In this document: positions 10,113 through 20,721 of the stretch, one piece after another
Layout: every line of letters starts with the position of its first letter
Numbering within the stretch: position 1 is the stretch's first letter
Origin: Andalucia godoyi And28
Taxonomy: Eukaryota > Protista > Jakobida
Direction: 5' to 3'
DNA length: 64,000 bases
NCBI GenBank assembly: GCA_009859145.1
Contig: VRVR01000017.1
Location: 64,607-128,606, forward strand
Program-made: the position numbers and the translations under genes
Notes under the pieces: model-generated
Told to the model about the DNA's origin: nothing
The model's database searches: none
Seen by the model: only the letters and a program-made list of their open reading frames with translations

Positions 10113-11237
10113 TTAAGATGAAAAGGGAGCGGCGCTCAAAGGGTCCATAATGTACGTTGTGAGCGAGTCCAGCAGCGCAGGGTGGGAAGCCGCGACCGCG
10201 ACTGCGTAGTGCTGCATGAGGATGTTGTATTCTTCCCACTCGTCGATGATTTCCAGTGCTGCAATTCTGCTCTTGTCAGCCTGTCCAACGGCGTCTCGCT
10301 CAAACGAGGCCATGTCAAACGCGGTCGCTGCAGCCCATCCACACTCTTTCATGCGCTCCGAGTGTGCCGCAGGAGTCGGCGCATCGTCGATCCCGAGCAG
10401 CGGACACCCGCGATCCGCGAGGTTGCGCACCATCATGCGCCCAAACGGATCGGACGGGCCCACTTGCTCATACACAATCATTGCGCATTCCGCAAATCCA
10501 AGCCCAGGAAGCGCGCTCAGCACACTGCGGATATCCGCGGCACGCAGATACACCAATACACACTCACATATCACAAGCGTCGGCTTGCGCGGGTCAAGAT
10601 GCGCAAGAAGGACATGCTGAAGCCGCTCCATGTCTGTCAAGTCACACGCTGCCAACACATACTGTCGCCGCTCCCTCTCTTCCCTCTCTTCCCTCTCTTC
10701 CCTCTCTTCCCTCGCTTCCGTCTTCTTTGCAACTTCCTTGTCCACGTCAACTCCGCCTTCACGCACACGAGCGACGATGCAGTCCCAGCCGCAGTCCAAG
10801 TCCGTCGGCGGAAACATTGCAATCTTCTCTGCCTGCTGAAACGGAGTTCCAAGACACTCGGGTGCCCGCACCACCGCATCCCATTTCTTCCGCACCACAT
10901 CCACATAGTCAATTTCAAGAAACGTGCAGGGCATCAACGCCGACGACGACGAGGCCCAAAGATTCCAAAAGGTCGTATCAAACCCAGCGCCAAGTGACAC
11001 AATCTGGCAATTCCCAGCGCAATGCGTCCGGAGAAATGCACAGACAGCGCGCTGCATGCATGCTACTCGCAGATAGTATCCTCTGTGGATGAGCGGCGAG
11101 CGGCGACCCGTGCTGTGTGAATGAGGCACTGTGAGGAACCACGGAAGAAACGGATCGCGATAGTAGCCTGCTCGCACCGCGGATGCTTTGCTGATTGTCG
11201 CATCGTCATTGGTCTCAATCACCTTTTCAACAACCAT
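10113..11237 (-). CDS. LCMT1: Leucine carboxyl methyltransferase 1 (PP2A methylase)
   Basis: TNDDATISKASAV..GYYRDPF, SPLIHRGYYLR, QIVSLGAGFDT, ECVLVYL, YEQV...DPFGRMMVRNL..RGCPL, DEWEE. Confidence 0.93.
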   Translation of the reverse strand: MVVEKVIETNDDATISKASAVRAGYYRDPFLPWFLTVPHSHSTGRRSPLIHRGYYLRVACMQRAVCAFLRTHCAGNCQIVSLGAGFDTTFWNLWASSSSALMPCTFLEIDYVDVVRKKWDAVVRAPECLGTPFQQAEKIAMFPPTDLDCGWDCIVARVREGGVDVDKEVAKKTEAREEREEREEREERERRQYVLAACDLTDMERLQHVLLAHLDPRKPTLVICECVLVYLRAADIRSVLSALPGLGFAECAMIVYEQVGPSDPFGRMMVRNLADRGCPLLGIDDAPTPAAHSERMKECGWAAATAFDMASFERDAVGQADKSRIAALEIIDEWEEYNILMQHYAVAVAASHPALLDSLTTYIMDPLSAAPFSS

Positions 11238-12165
11238 TCCATTTGTTCACTCCAGAACACCAACAAGCCACAGCCAAAGAGGAAAGAGGAAAAGATCAAC
11301 AGCAAAAACAGATGTCTTGAAAAGGGGAAGAAGGAAAAACCCACCGTAGTGTTCGCAAAAAAAAAAGACTGGGGGAGCTGCGGACTCAATCGAAGAAACG
11401 GAAGACTCGAGTACGGAATTTTGCCGCAGGTACTGCCCAAGAAGGGAACAATCCTGGTTGTCCACACGAATCGGCGCCGAATGTCCCGAAATGGAAGAAA
11501 CTGTCCCGACCAGTCACGATGCGTTCCGAAGTGCCGGAATGCCGAAAACGCTGTTCTACTGCCAACAGAGCAGATCGGGTGTGTCTGCCCGAGCACACAG
11601 GGATCCACACTGCTTCATTTTCCAATAACATTTTTTTTAATTTCCTTCCTCCCTTTATTTTTTATATTAATTTTTTTCCAGAAAGAGATCCCACACGAAA
11701 ACACGCAACTTTCGCACTTTACATTAAAAACCGCTTGCTTTCTTTCACATTCTTTTTCTTTCTTTCTTCTTCTTCTTCTTCTTCTTCTTTTCTTTCTTTC
11801 TTTCTTTCTATCTATCTTTCTTTCTATCTATCTTTCTTCTGTGTTTTCTTTTCCGTCTCTTCTTCTTTGATTGCACGCAACCGAGGAGAATTCCCGATAT
11901 CTCCTAATCTGTTTTTTGGTGTGGATTGACGTGCTTGATACGGTCCCGATCCATCAGTCATCCATCATCCATCAGCACGCCTTTCGCATTCCTCTTCCGA
12001 CTCCGTCTCTTCACGACACGCTGACAGTGTCTTGACCAAGCACTCTATCGACAGAAGAAGCATTGTGAGAAAGACAAGGAAAAAGGAAAAAAGAAAAAAA
12101 AGGTCCCCCTCAACACACACACACACTCTCTCTCTCTCTCTCCAGAAAACAAAAAAGAAATCGAA

Positions 12166-14892
12166 ATGCCTGGAATTTGCATGCCGGATACACCGTCGAC
12201 ATACGACGACTTGGCGTTCTTTTCGCCAATTGTCGCCCCTGCCGTCGCACAGCCTCCAGCGCCATCTCCGCTGGTCGACATGTCTCGATTCCAAACGGCG
12301 CTGTTGACGGACAGTCCCGCCCATCTTCCGGCGGCGCTCTTCACATCATCGCACATCAACTTGCCCCTCCGCAACGGACTGTCGGCGCTGCATTGGGCCG
12401 CCGTGTCAAACGCCCCGCGCTGTGCTTACCATCTTTTGACCTTTGGTCTGTCGACTACGACAGACGTTGCGAATGCGTTCACCGCCACCCCGCGCGGACT
12501 CACTGCGCTGCACATTGCCGCGGACCGCAATCACCATGCTGTCGTTCGTGCCATTCTTCTCGCCCTTGCCTATCAACGCCACCTCCATCTCTACCACCGT
12601 CATCATCATTATCAACAACACCAACAAAGAGAGACGGAGGATGAGAGCGACTCGGCCTCGAGCATCAGTCGGCTGCTAGACGCAAGGGATGCAGAGGGCT
12701 TCTCGGCGGCCCTGTTTGCGGCGCGCGAAGGCCAGGTTGCGGCGTTGCTCTCGCTTCTTGTCCTGGCCAAGCTCGGAACAGCATCGCAATCCAAGTGCCA
12801 AATGCCGAGTCTATTCAGCAGGGCCGACGTGGACGGCAAGAACTGGTACGAGGTTCTGGAGGTGTACTTGAACCGCCGCAATGCCGATGACGAGGATGAG
12901 GATGAGTACGTGGCCATCGAGTGGCGCATGCTTCGGTGGGGTTTGCAACAGGACCGTTTCTTGTCTTCTGCAACAACGCTCGACACGGACACCGACGATG
13001 ACAATGACAATGACAGCGATATCGACAATGACGCAGAGATGCGTGATCTGTCGAATGCTAGTGCCAACGCTTATGTGGATGCAGAAGCGGAGGCGGAAAA
13101 GCAGATCGCCATGTTTCTGGCGCGATTGTCGAATGCGCACGTGTATGCGATGGGGCGTGTGCTTGGTGCGCAGAACTCGCGGGGATGGACAGCGCTGATG
13201 TTGGCCGCCGAAAACGGACGGACGCCGCTACTTGCGCTTCTTCTGCGGCTATCCTCTCTTCTCAGCCAGCGTTTCCCCCATCTCTACTTTTCATCTTTCT
13301 CGTCATTCCCGTCTTCCTCTTCATTTTCAGGCCATTCTGCTGGCGCAGCCGGGTTCCTGGGAGGCATTCTTGGGGCAGTGGAGGCGCGGGGATGGACCGC
13401 TTTGCACTTTGCGTGCCAGGATGGACACGCCGATTGTGCGGCGTTGTTGCTAGCTCACGGCGCTCAACAGACCGTCGTCACACTCGAGCATGCTACCCCG
13501 TTGCACCTTGCTGCACAGAACGGACACCTTGCGACCGTCACTCTTTTCACTCGCTCCTCCTCGGCAACCTCGTATTTCCTCTTTTCTTCCTCTTCTTCAT
13601 CTTCGTTCTCACTGTCCAATGCGGGAAACGATTCGGAAAAGACAGAAGGGAAAAACGAAGAAAGATGGAGAAAGAGAACGCGAAGAGCACCGAGATTGGT
13701 GGATGCGGCTCTGCGAGACGGAACAACGGCACTGTTGCTTGCGGTCCGCGGAAATTGGGCTGAGATTGTTCGAGAGCTGGTGACGCACGGTCGAGCAGAT
13801 GTCACTGCGACCAATGTACAAGGATTTGGACTCATGCACTTCGCTGCAAAGGCAGGATACGTTGAAATCTTGCGCATTCTCGTAGAGGCCGGTGCTTCTC
13901 CGATCGTTCCGTCGTCGTCGTCGTCGTCTCCCATCACCACCACAACAACAAAAACAACAAGGACGACGACGACACCATCGAGTAGCCCACTGCGCTTGGA
14001 AGTGGACATGTGCAGTGGATGGACTCCGCTGCACTTTGCGATTCAGGATGGACGAGAAGAAGCAGTTCGGTTTCTTGTCCATGAATGTGGAGTAAGCATC
14101 GAGGATCGTCCGCATCCCCACGGACCAACACCGCTGCATCTTGCTGCACAGTGCGGCCACTCTGGAATTGTGTCGCTGCTTCTCGATGCCTTCCAATTGC
14201 AGCTTAGCAGCAAGAAGAGCAATCGGGATTCCGTGACAGCAATGAAACAGTTCGTGGACGCACGTGTCGGACCAACTGGTGCGACACCGCTTCATCTTGC
14301 AGTGCTTCATGACTCGGTATCCGTATGCCTGGAGCTCGTTCGACGCGGCGCGAGTTTGAATGCAGTCACCGCCGATGGATCGAGTGTGTTTCACTATGCC
14401 GCATCCCAGAATGCATATCGAGTATCCGCAGTGCTGCTTGCAGAGGCTGGTGCTGCATCCGTCGTTCGGGGGTGTGTGTCAGACATGTCGACGCTCTTCG
14501 GTGGTCGGGCTGGAGATGCTGGGCTTTTCCCAGCGCACGCACAGCGAGTCAAGGAAATGACGGTACTGGATGTGGCGGTATGGCGCTGTGCATCGCAATG
14601 CGCAATCCTCTTTGGACCGTACTTTAGCCGAGGGTACCGCGCAGACGCCCTTGTTTTGGAATGCGATTTCGAAGAAGCGGAAGAAAAAGACGAGTCTGTC
14701 AGAAGCAGAAGACATGCTGCTGCGTCCTCAGCGATCCGAAGAAGCGTCGATCTGTGTTGTGCCCATGCGCACACGAATGTGGATGTGCGACTAAACGATT
14801 GTGCCGAAGATGCATTGCGAAAGGACAGCTCTGTTGTGGTCGTCCACGAGAGCGCATTCGAAGACCAGAATCCTGAAGTTATTCGGCAATAG
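12166..14892 (+). CDS. Ankyrin repeat protein with low-complexity insertions
   Basis: More than 10 repeats such as GWTALHFAC, ATPLHLAAQNGH, GWTPLHFA and GPTPLHLAAQCGH. Confidence 0.9.
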   Translation: MPGICMPDTPSTYDDLAFFSPIVAPAVAQPPAPSPLVDMSRFQTALLTDSPAHLPAALFTSSHINLPLRNGLSALHWAAVSNAPRCAYHLLTFGLSTTTDVANAFTATPRGLTALHIAADRNHHAVVRAILLALAYQRHLHLYHRHHHYQQHQQRETEDESDSASSISRLLDARDAEGFSAALFAAREGQVAALLSLLVLAKLGTASQSKCQMPSLFSRADVDGKNWYEVLEVYLNRRNADDEDEDEYVAIEWRMLRWGLQQDRFLSSATTLDTDTDDDNDNDSDIDNDAEMRDLSNASANAYVDAEAEAEKQIAMFLARLSNAHVYAMGRVLGAQNSRGWTALMLAAENGRTPLLALLLRLSSLLSQRFPHLYFSSFSSFPSSSSFSGHSAGAAGFLGGILGAVEARGWTALHFACQDGHADCAALLLAHGAQQTVVTLEHATPLHLAAQNGHLATVTLFTRSSSATSYFLFSSSSSSSFSLSNAGNDSEKTEGKNEERWRKRTRRAPRLVDAALRDGTTALLLAVRGNWAEIVRELVTHGRADVTATNVQGFGLMHFAAKAGYVEILRILVEAGASPIVPSSSSSSPITTTTTKTTRTTTTPSSSPLRLEVDMCSGWTPLHFAIQDGREEAVRFLVHECGVSIEDRPHPHGPTPLHLAAQCGHSGIVSLLLDAFQLQLSSKKSNRDSVTAMKQFVDARVGPTGATPLHLAVLHDSVSVCLELVRRGASLNAVTADGSSVFHYAASQNAYRVSAVLLAEAGAASVVRGCVSDMSTLFGGRAGDAGLFPAHAQRVKEMTVLDVAVWRCASQCAILFGPYFSRGYRADALVLECDFEEAEEKDESVRSRRHAAASSAIRRSVDLCCAHAHTNVDVRLNDCAEDALRKDSSVVVVHESAFEDQNPEVIRQ

Positions 14893-15145
14893 AAAATGGT
14901 TCCCCGTTCCGTATATGCTGTGTCAAGCTATACTCGTTTAGAATCTGTAGGAAGATGTAATTTTACGTACTGATTTTGCGTTTCTGTGCGCTTGCGCCTG
15001 AAAAGGCCTTTAATGAATAGATTATTATTAGATCAAGAAGAGTTTGAGAGTCTCCTTTTTGGTTTTTGTTTCGTTTTTATTAATTTGAGAATAAATGTAA
15101 TTAATAATAAACAGGAAGCACGGGTTCATTGCTGCTCCCCTCTAA

Positions 15146-15506
15146 CCGTTGCCACTTACTGCCATATGATGAAGCAGTCTAAAGCGCAAGACAACAGAAA
15201 ACACGCCGCCGCGTTGCATTCTCGCACAGCGACGCTCATTTCATTTTCTTATTTTATTGTCCATGCAACGCACCATGTACGTCGCGCTCGCAACGCTGCG
15301 CAAGACCCATGCCAATCTCCTCCGCCGCCGGAATGATCGACCGCGACTGGAACGGCGCGCGCAACATCTATCTTAGGAACGTCTCTCATGCCGAGGGGCG
15401 TGTGGGGGCCTGCCCCCCTTCCCAATCCATGCCATGCATGTTGGGTTGCAATACTGATTATGGGTGATCAGCGCTGATCATCCGTGGTTAGTGCGCAATG
15501 TAGGCG
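15146..15506 (+). mobile_element. Copy C: short TnpB/Fanzor2-derived non-autonomous element (subfamily of copy D)
   Basis: Starts CCGTTGCCACTTACTGCCATATGATGAAGCAGTCTAAAGCGCAAGAC (shared with 59729 onward). Encodes IDRDWNGARNIYLRN. Ends CAATGTAGGCG. Confidence 0.85.
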
Positions 15507-15660
15507 AAAACGTTTCCAGAATCCCTGTGACAGTCAATCCGTCTAGCAGGCTGGAGCTCTCTGAACAAGGAATTATTATAATATATTGTTTGTTTGTTTT
15601 ACATTACCGCATGGAGAGTTGATGAGGGGTACTTCGTGGGTTTCTTTGACTGACATTTTC

Positions 15661-18600
15661 TCACAGGCCAATGGAACCATGCGTGGACCACATGTGATCA
15701 TAAATGTCTTCCAGTAGGGCACTGGCGTCGGAATTGGCGATGGCGTCCGGGTCTGCGTCGGGATCCGCGTTGTACCGACAGATTGCAGAACACTGGAAAC
15801 ACCAATGAATGGCACATGATCCACACGTAATGTGGTTGCAGGTACCTCCGATCTTTTCCGTCATGACACCGCATCCTGGACACTCTCGCACTCTTTCTGC
15901 GGCGCTGTCGCTGCGCTGTCCGCTACGGACCGTTCCAATGGGGTTCCTTTGTACATGGTCCGCGCAAGCAGTGCACATAAAATCCCCATTCAGCAAGGGA
16001 ACTGCTTCCGCGCACTCGTGAGCTGCATACGGAACCACATGCAAGCACCGTCTGCACCAAGCATGGTGGAAGCGGGGGTCCAGACCCGCTTCGGGACGCC
16101 GAGCATGCATCAAATTCGCATGGAAACGACGCAAAATCGATGCTCGCGGCCGCTGCTTGCAGAACGGACACAGTGCATGGGACTCGTAAAAGATGCAGCC
16201 GAGCTTATTGGCCGAGTACCAACTATGCAGACACGTTGCGCATGCTGTGGCATCGCACTTTCCACCACACGCACCCATCCAGTCCGCAGTTCTCACATGC
16301 TCACAACAAATGAGACACGTCTGGCGCTGAGCAGTTCCACTTTCCACCAGCTGCACAATGGTTTGCAGTACTTCCTCAGTGTTGAGCACGGAGAAGTTCT
16401 TCCAAACAAGGCTTTGGCCGCGATACAGTGCTACCGATCGCTCTGCTGGTGGAGAGTACTCAACACGCTCTTCGACGCCAACAATCGCAAACGAATCCGT
16501 GGTCAGATTGACGGCGTCGGTCAGAGGGCGGAGGCCAACGTGCTCCAAAATCATTGATCGATTGGCTCCATTCTCGGTCAACAGCAATTCGAGAACGGGA
16601 ACTTGGACAACGTCGAATGGATCGAGTTCGGGACGCAGCGAGCAGCGAGCGCATTCAAAGTTTCCTGCATCCACGCGCTGGCTCGGACTGATAAACTCGT
16701 TCGTGCAGCGCATGCACTTGACGGTCGGGCGAACAGCATCGGACGACGAGTTCAAGGCCGCCGATGCAAGTCTGCAAAAGTGACACTTTGGGCTGGACAG
16801 CAGCGCCGAAACCATGGATACTGAGTACAGAGCGCGGCAAGCGGTGCAGCGAGCCATCTGCGACTCACTGGGCCGACCATGACACATGTCCTTTCCAATG
16901 TCCACACACTCGGAAACGCACGGCCCACATACACCAGACTCAGTCATCAGTGTAAACGAGCGATCCTCATGACACTTTGTGCACTTCACCCGATAATCCG
17001 GGATCACCGCAAGCGTGTTGGAGCGTGTTCCGCTCGGCGTATACTTGATGCGGCAGGGGACGACGCTCTTGAAGTTGTAGCGCAGTCCGGCAGTCTGGAC
17101 CACAACTCGCATCACCGCACGCTCTTCCTCGGAGAGATACACCTGAGACGGCCCTCGAAGCATGAGCTGGCAAAATCCCACGCCGTAATTCTCCGGAGTA
17201 GTCTTCCAATCGATCCACTTTCCCCGGATGCTCTTCAAGAACTCCGATGCACGTTCGTATAAAAAGTGCTGTTTGACTTGAACAATCAGCGTGGCCAAGA
17301 TCGCTGCAGCACGCAGAGAAAATTCGAGTCCCTCGGCCATCAGATGTGGAAGCAGGCAGAATACTTGTTTGGAAGAAAGCGAAAGCGGGACATACGCACC
17401 TGGGAGCAGATCACTGTTGCGGACACTTGCACTGGCAACCTCCTGCAAATGCGTGATGATCTGTGTAACCTTGCTAAGCGTCGCGGGGTTGCACACTCGA
17501 GAGATCTCCAGCAAGTCAGCGCGCTGCAGACGCTCCACGGGAGCAGCGAGGATGACCATGGGATACGGCTGCGCAACAGCAGAGACAATCGCGCGAATCT
17601 CCTCTGTTCGATTGTAAGAGCTGTCAAGCCAGGCGCGGACAAAGACACGATCCTCTTCACTTGCGAGATTGTTGATGACACCACCAACCGCTCCAACGAG
17701 GCTATCCCGACGCTCATCCCCGCGTTGCTTGCAGATCATTCGCCACATTGTGCCCAGAGCTGCGTTGTTTGCCAGTGCAACAATATCGTCCACATTAACA
17801 AGTAATGAAAATACGCGGAAGACGCGGTCGCGATAATCATCACCTTCGGATGTTCTCTCAAAGCGCTGCTGCAACTGGTCAGTATCAGTCTTTAGGAACT
17901 CAAGAATAGGAAGCGTCACAGAGGTGGACATTGCAGTCTGTTTTTCCGACCGAGCAAGTGAAGAAAAGTACCCGTTTGCATCTTTCTCGTCGCCATCTTC
18001 AGTCTTCACAAAGCCGTTCGCATATGAGATTTGGACACAATCGCCAGGCAGCTCGACTGAAAAACCCATCAGCATTTGGAAGATAGCCAACGTGAGCGAG
18101 GTGATCAGCTCCTTCCGAAGTTCACGAATCATAAAACATGCGCCGTTCGTCATTTCCGACAAGTACAGGAAGTACGAATAAGTGGAGAATGTGGAAACAG
18201 AAACAAGAGAAAAGAACCGAGCACCGGTCCGCGCGACGGATTTCACCAACGTACCCCAGTCGAGATGCTTCAGTGCTGCTGCTTCCATTGTATGATTCTT
18301 GTGATTCCCCGTTCCGTTTTCAAGCGTATGGGGCGGTGCATCGGTCATCAAGAACACCACCGTTTCGCTGGTAAGCATTTCGGGGATGTTGAGAATCTCG
18401 GTGAGCGCAGTCTTCGTTGCCTCTGGCCCATCGCCTCCTCCCGCGGGATGCAATGTCGAGACAAAGTCCAGAATCGCAGACAAGTCGTCGGTGTAAGGAA
18501 GAAACCGGACAACTTCCGGAGATTGATCGTAGTCCGAATACGCACAAAACCCAACTTTGGCATTCGGCATCATAACCTGCATAATCGAAATAATCTGGCG

Positions 18601-18684
18601 CAGAGAAGGCGCAAGAGACAAGAGATATGTCCCCATCGATCCCGTGGTGTCCACAATAAACAACACAGATGTATTCGTCGACAT
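15661..18684 (-). CDS. vWA-domain protein with C-terminal Zn-finger/RING and IBR(Rcat)-like domains, probable E3 ligase
   Basis: VLFIVDTTGSMG (MIDAS), GGGDGPEA and LMTDAPPH; several CxxC pairs; CLICC...C..C RING-like region; ECPGCGVMTEKIGGTCNHITCGSCAIHWCFQC. Likely ATG is 18684. Confidence 0.85.
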   Translation of the reverse strand: MSTNTSVLFIVDTTGSMGTYLLSLAPSLRQIISIMQVMMPNAKVGFCAYSDYDQSPEVVRFLPYTDDLSAILDFVSTLHPAGGGDGPEATKTALTEILNIPEMLTSETVVFLMTDAPPHTLENGTGNHKNHTMEAAALKHLDWGTLVKSVARTGARFFSLVSVSTFSTYSYFLYLSEMTNGACFMIRELRKELITSLTLAIFQMLMGFSVELPGDCVQISYANGFVKTEDGDEKDANGYFSSLARSEKQTAMSTSVTLPILEFLKTDTDQLQQRFERTSEGDDYRDRVFRVFSLLVNVDDIVALANNAALGTMWRMICKQRGDERRDSLVGAVGGVINNLASEEDRVFVRAWLDSSYNRTEEIRAIVSAVAQPYPMVILAAPVERLQRADLLEISRVCNPATLSKVTQIITHLQEVASASVRNSDLLPGAYVPLSLSSKQVFCLLPHLMAEGLEFSLRAAAILATLIVQVKQHFLYERASEFLKSIRGKWIDWKTTPENYGVGFCQLMLRGPSQVYLSEEERAVMRVVVQTAGLRYNFKSVVPCRIKYTPSGTRSNTLAVIPDYRVKCTKCHEDRSFTLMTESGVCGPCVSECVDIGKDMCHGRPSESQMARCTACRALYSVSMVSALLSSPKCHFCRLASAALNSSSDAVRPTVKCMRCTNEFISPSQRVDAGNFECARCSLRPELDPFDVVQVPVLELLLTENGANRSMILEHVGLRPLTDAVNLTTDSFAIVGVEERVEYSPPAERSVALYRGQSLVWKNFSVLNTEEVLQTIVQLVESGTAQRQTCLICCEHVRTADWMGACGGKCDATACATCLHSWYSANKLGCIFYESHALCPFCKQRPRASILRRFHANLMHARRPEAGLDPRFHHAWCRRCLHVVPYAAHECAEAVPLLNGDFMCTACADHVQRNPIGTVRSGQRSDSAAERVRECPGCGVMTEKIGGTCNHITCGSCAIHWCFQCSAICRYNADPDADPDAIANSDASALLEDIYDHMWSTHGSIGL

Positions 18685-19420
18685 CTCAAGTATTTCCCCC
18701 TCTTTTTTTCTTTCTTTCTTTCTTTCTTTTTTTTTTCGATGGTCAGTTTTGATCGAGAATAAGGACGTGGTTTCTTGCAACACAACCGGCTATTCTCTGC
18801 ATTTACAAAAAATAATAATAATAAAAGTAAAAAAAGAAGAAGAAGAAGAAGAAGAAGAAAATTGTGAGCGGTGGCGGAGATTCGTACAAGTTCTTCAGTA
18901 GCAAGTTTGTGCGCCAGCAAATACGAACCTCCACGAACTGCAGTGTGAGCTGCGGAAACCAGAAACGGCCTTGCAGAGCCCCCGAGGAAAACATCCTAAT
19001 TTGGTTGCACGCAAAACACCACACGCTCATTGCGGAGTGCAGACTGCTCACAGAACGTCGCCGTGTACAAGCGGTCTGTGCTTCCATTTCCGTGCAGCAG
19101 CAGCTCGAAGCGCTCAGCAGCTAGCAGGACAAATAATGACAAGCGAACGGATTCCATGGGAAAACACGGCTTGCAACAAAAACGGGCCGCAGCACGTCCC
19201 AGCCTCCTCCCGTCGAAGGGCTCCGATTCACCATCGCTGCTCGACACCGATACCGAATGTGACATTCACGGTGGGACAGAACGCGGACGACGTTTGCAAG
19301 TGGGAATACAACTACTCATTGCTGGGAGTGTGGAATGTAGATCTTTTTTAATTTAAAAAAACCTTTAATCTTAACCTATTTTTTTAAGGACATGACATAA
19401 AACGCACACACACGAACAGC

Positions 19421-20431
19421 TTAATACGAGCTTTCCGAAGCCGGTTTCGGCAGCTGGGGCTGCGAGGCATTTGGAGCTGCAGACGATTGGCGCGCAGCTT
19501 GTTGCTGCTTCAAAATCGCGAGTCCAGCCGAAGCACCGATTCTCGTAGCTCCTTCTTTGATCATCGTCTGGCAAGCATCCCAGTCGCGGATTCCGCCAGA
19601 AGCCTTTACTCCATACTCGGCCCAATCGACATGCTGCAGGCTGTGCTCGGCAAGGCCATAGTAGTACACGCTGGCCATGATGCGGACATCGTCGATCTGC
19701 GCGCCTTTATCTCCAAATCCCGTCGACGTCTTGACAAAGTCGACTCCCGCTAACGCACACAAGATGGCGACATCGGCAACCTGCTCTTTTGACAAGTAAC
19801 AGGTCTCGAAGATTACTTTCAGTACGACTTTCGACGTTCCCTCTGCCAGTGTCTTTGCGCGGGCAGATTCGGCAGTCTGAATGGCAGACCGCATTTCTTG
19901 GAGTTCTCTCAGGACGTATTGATAGTCTCCATCCAGAACACGACCAACAGGAACCACAACATCGACTTCCGACGCGCCATTCGACACCGCATCGACAAGC
20001 TCGGCACGCTTCGCAACCGTGGACGTCGCTCCGAGTGGAAACCCAATCACAGTGCACACTTTGATGCGATTCTGCAATATACTGAGTGCAAAAGGCACAA
20101 AGGACGAATTGATGCAAACAGACGCAAACGAGTTCTGAAGAGCCTCATTGCACAGCTTTGCGATTTCCGCAGACGTTGCTTGCGCTTTCAGAATCGTATG
20201 GTCGATCACCTGGTTCACTGGAAACGTCCCCAGATCGGAGAAAAGGCCAGGAAATGAAGCGTTCGTCGACGAGTTGGAAGGCAGTATGTGAGAAGCGACG
20301 AAGGATCGGACGTGCGATTCCACAACCTCCAGTGTTGAAAACGGAGTTCCCGACAACTTGGATGCAACCACTGCGAACCGACCAGTAACAAACGAATGAT
20401 ACGCACTTCCAATCATGGCTTCACCTGGCAT
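19421..20431 (-). CDS. deoC: Deoxyribose-phosphate aldolase (DERA/DeoC) with N-terminal extension
   Basis: IDHTILK, VCTVIGFPLGA, LKVIFET, FVKTSTGF, GVKASGGIR, RIGAS. Confidence 0.95.
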   Translation of the reverse strand: MPGEAMIGSAYHSFVTGRFAVVASKLSGTPFSTLEVVESHVRSFVASHILPSNSSTNASFPGLFSDLGTFPVNQVIDHTILKAQATSAEIAKLCNEALQNSFASVCINSSFVPFALSILQNRIKVCTVIGFPLGATSTVAKRAELVDAVSNGASEVDVVVPVGRVLDGDYQYVLRELQEMRSAIQTAESARAKTLAEGTSKVVLKVIFETCYLSKEQVADVAILCALAGVDFVKTSTGFGDKGAQIDDVRIMASVYYYGLAEHSLQHVDWAEYGVKASGGIRDWDACQTMIKEGATRIGASAGLAILKQQQAARQSSAAPNASQPQLPKPASESSY

Positions 20432-20721
20432 CGTTGTTATTTTTCTTCTTTATTTCCGTCAGAAACGCGTAAACAAACAACAAACTGGAAGAATAAGAGA
20501 AAACGGAAGTTAGGAAACAATCGCCTTTCTGCAGCATCGTTTAGTTTTATCGCTGACCAAAAAGACAAACCAAAAATACTCTCAAGTTGGGTGTATGCAT
20601 CGGGGTACGGCCGTGTTAACCGAGAATGCTGGCGAAAGGAAGTAGGGAAACCGACATTACTCTACAAACTGTGCAATTTACAAAACAGGTTCATGATGAT
20701 TGTTGAGTGGGGGGAGCGAGC

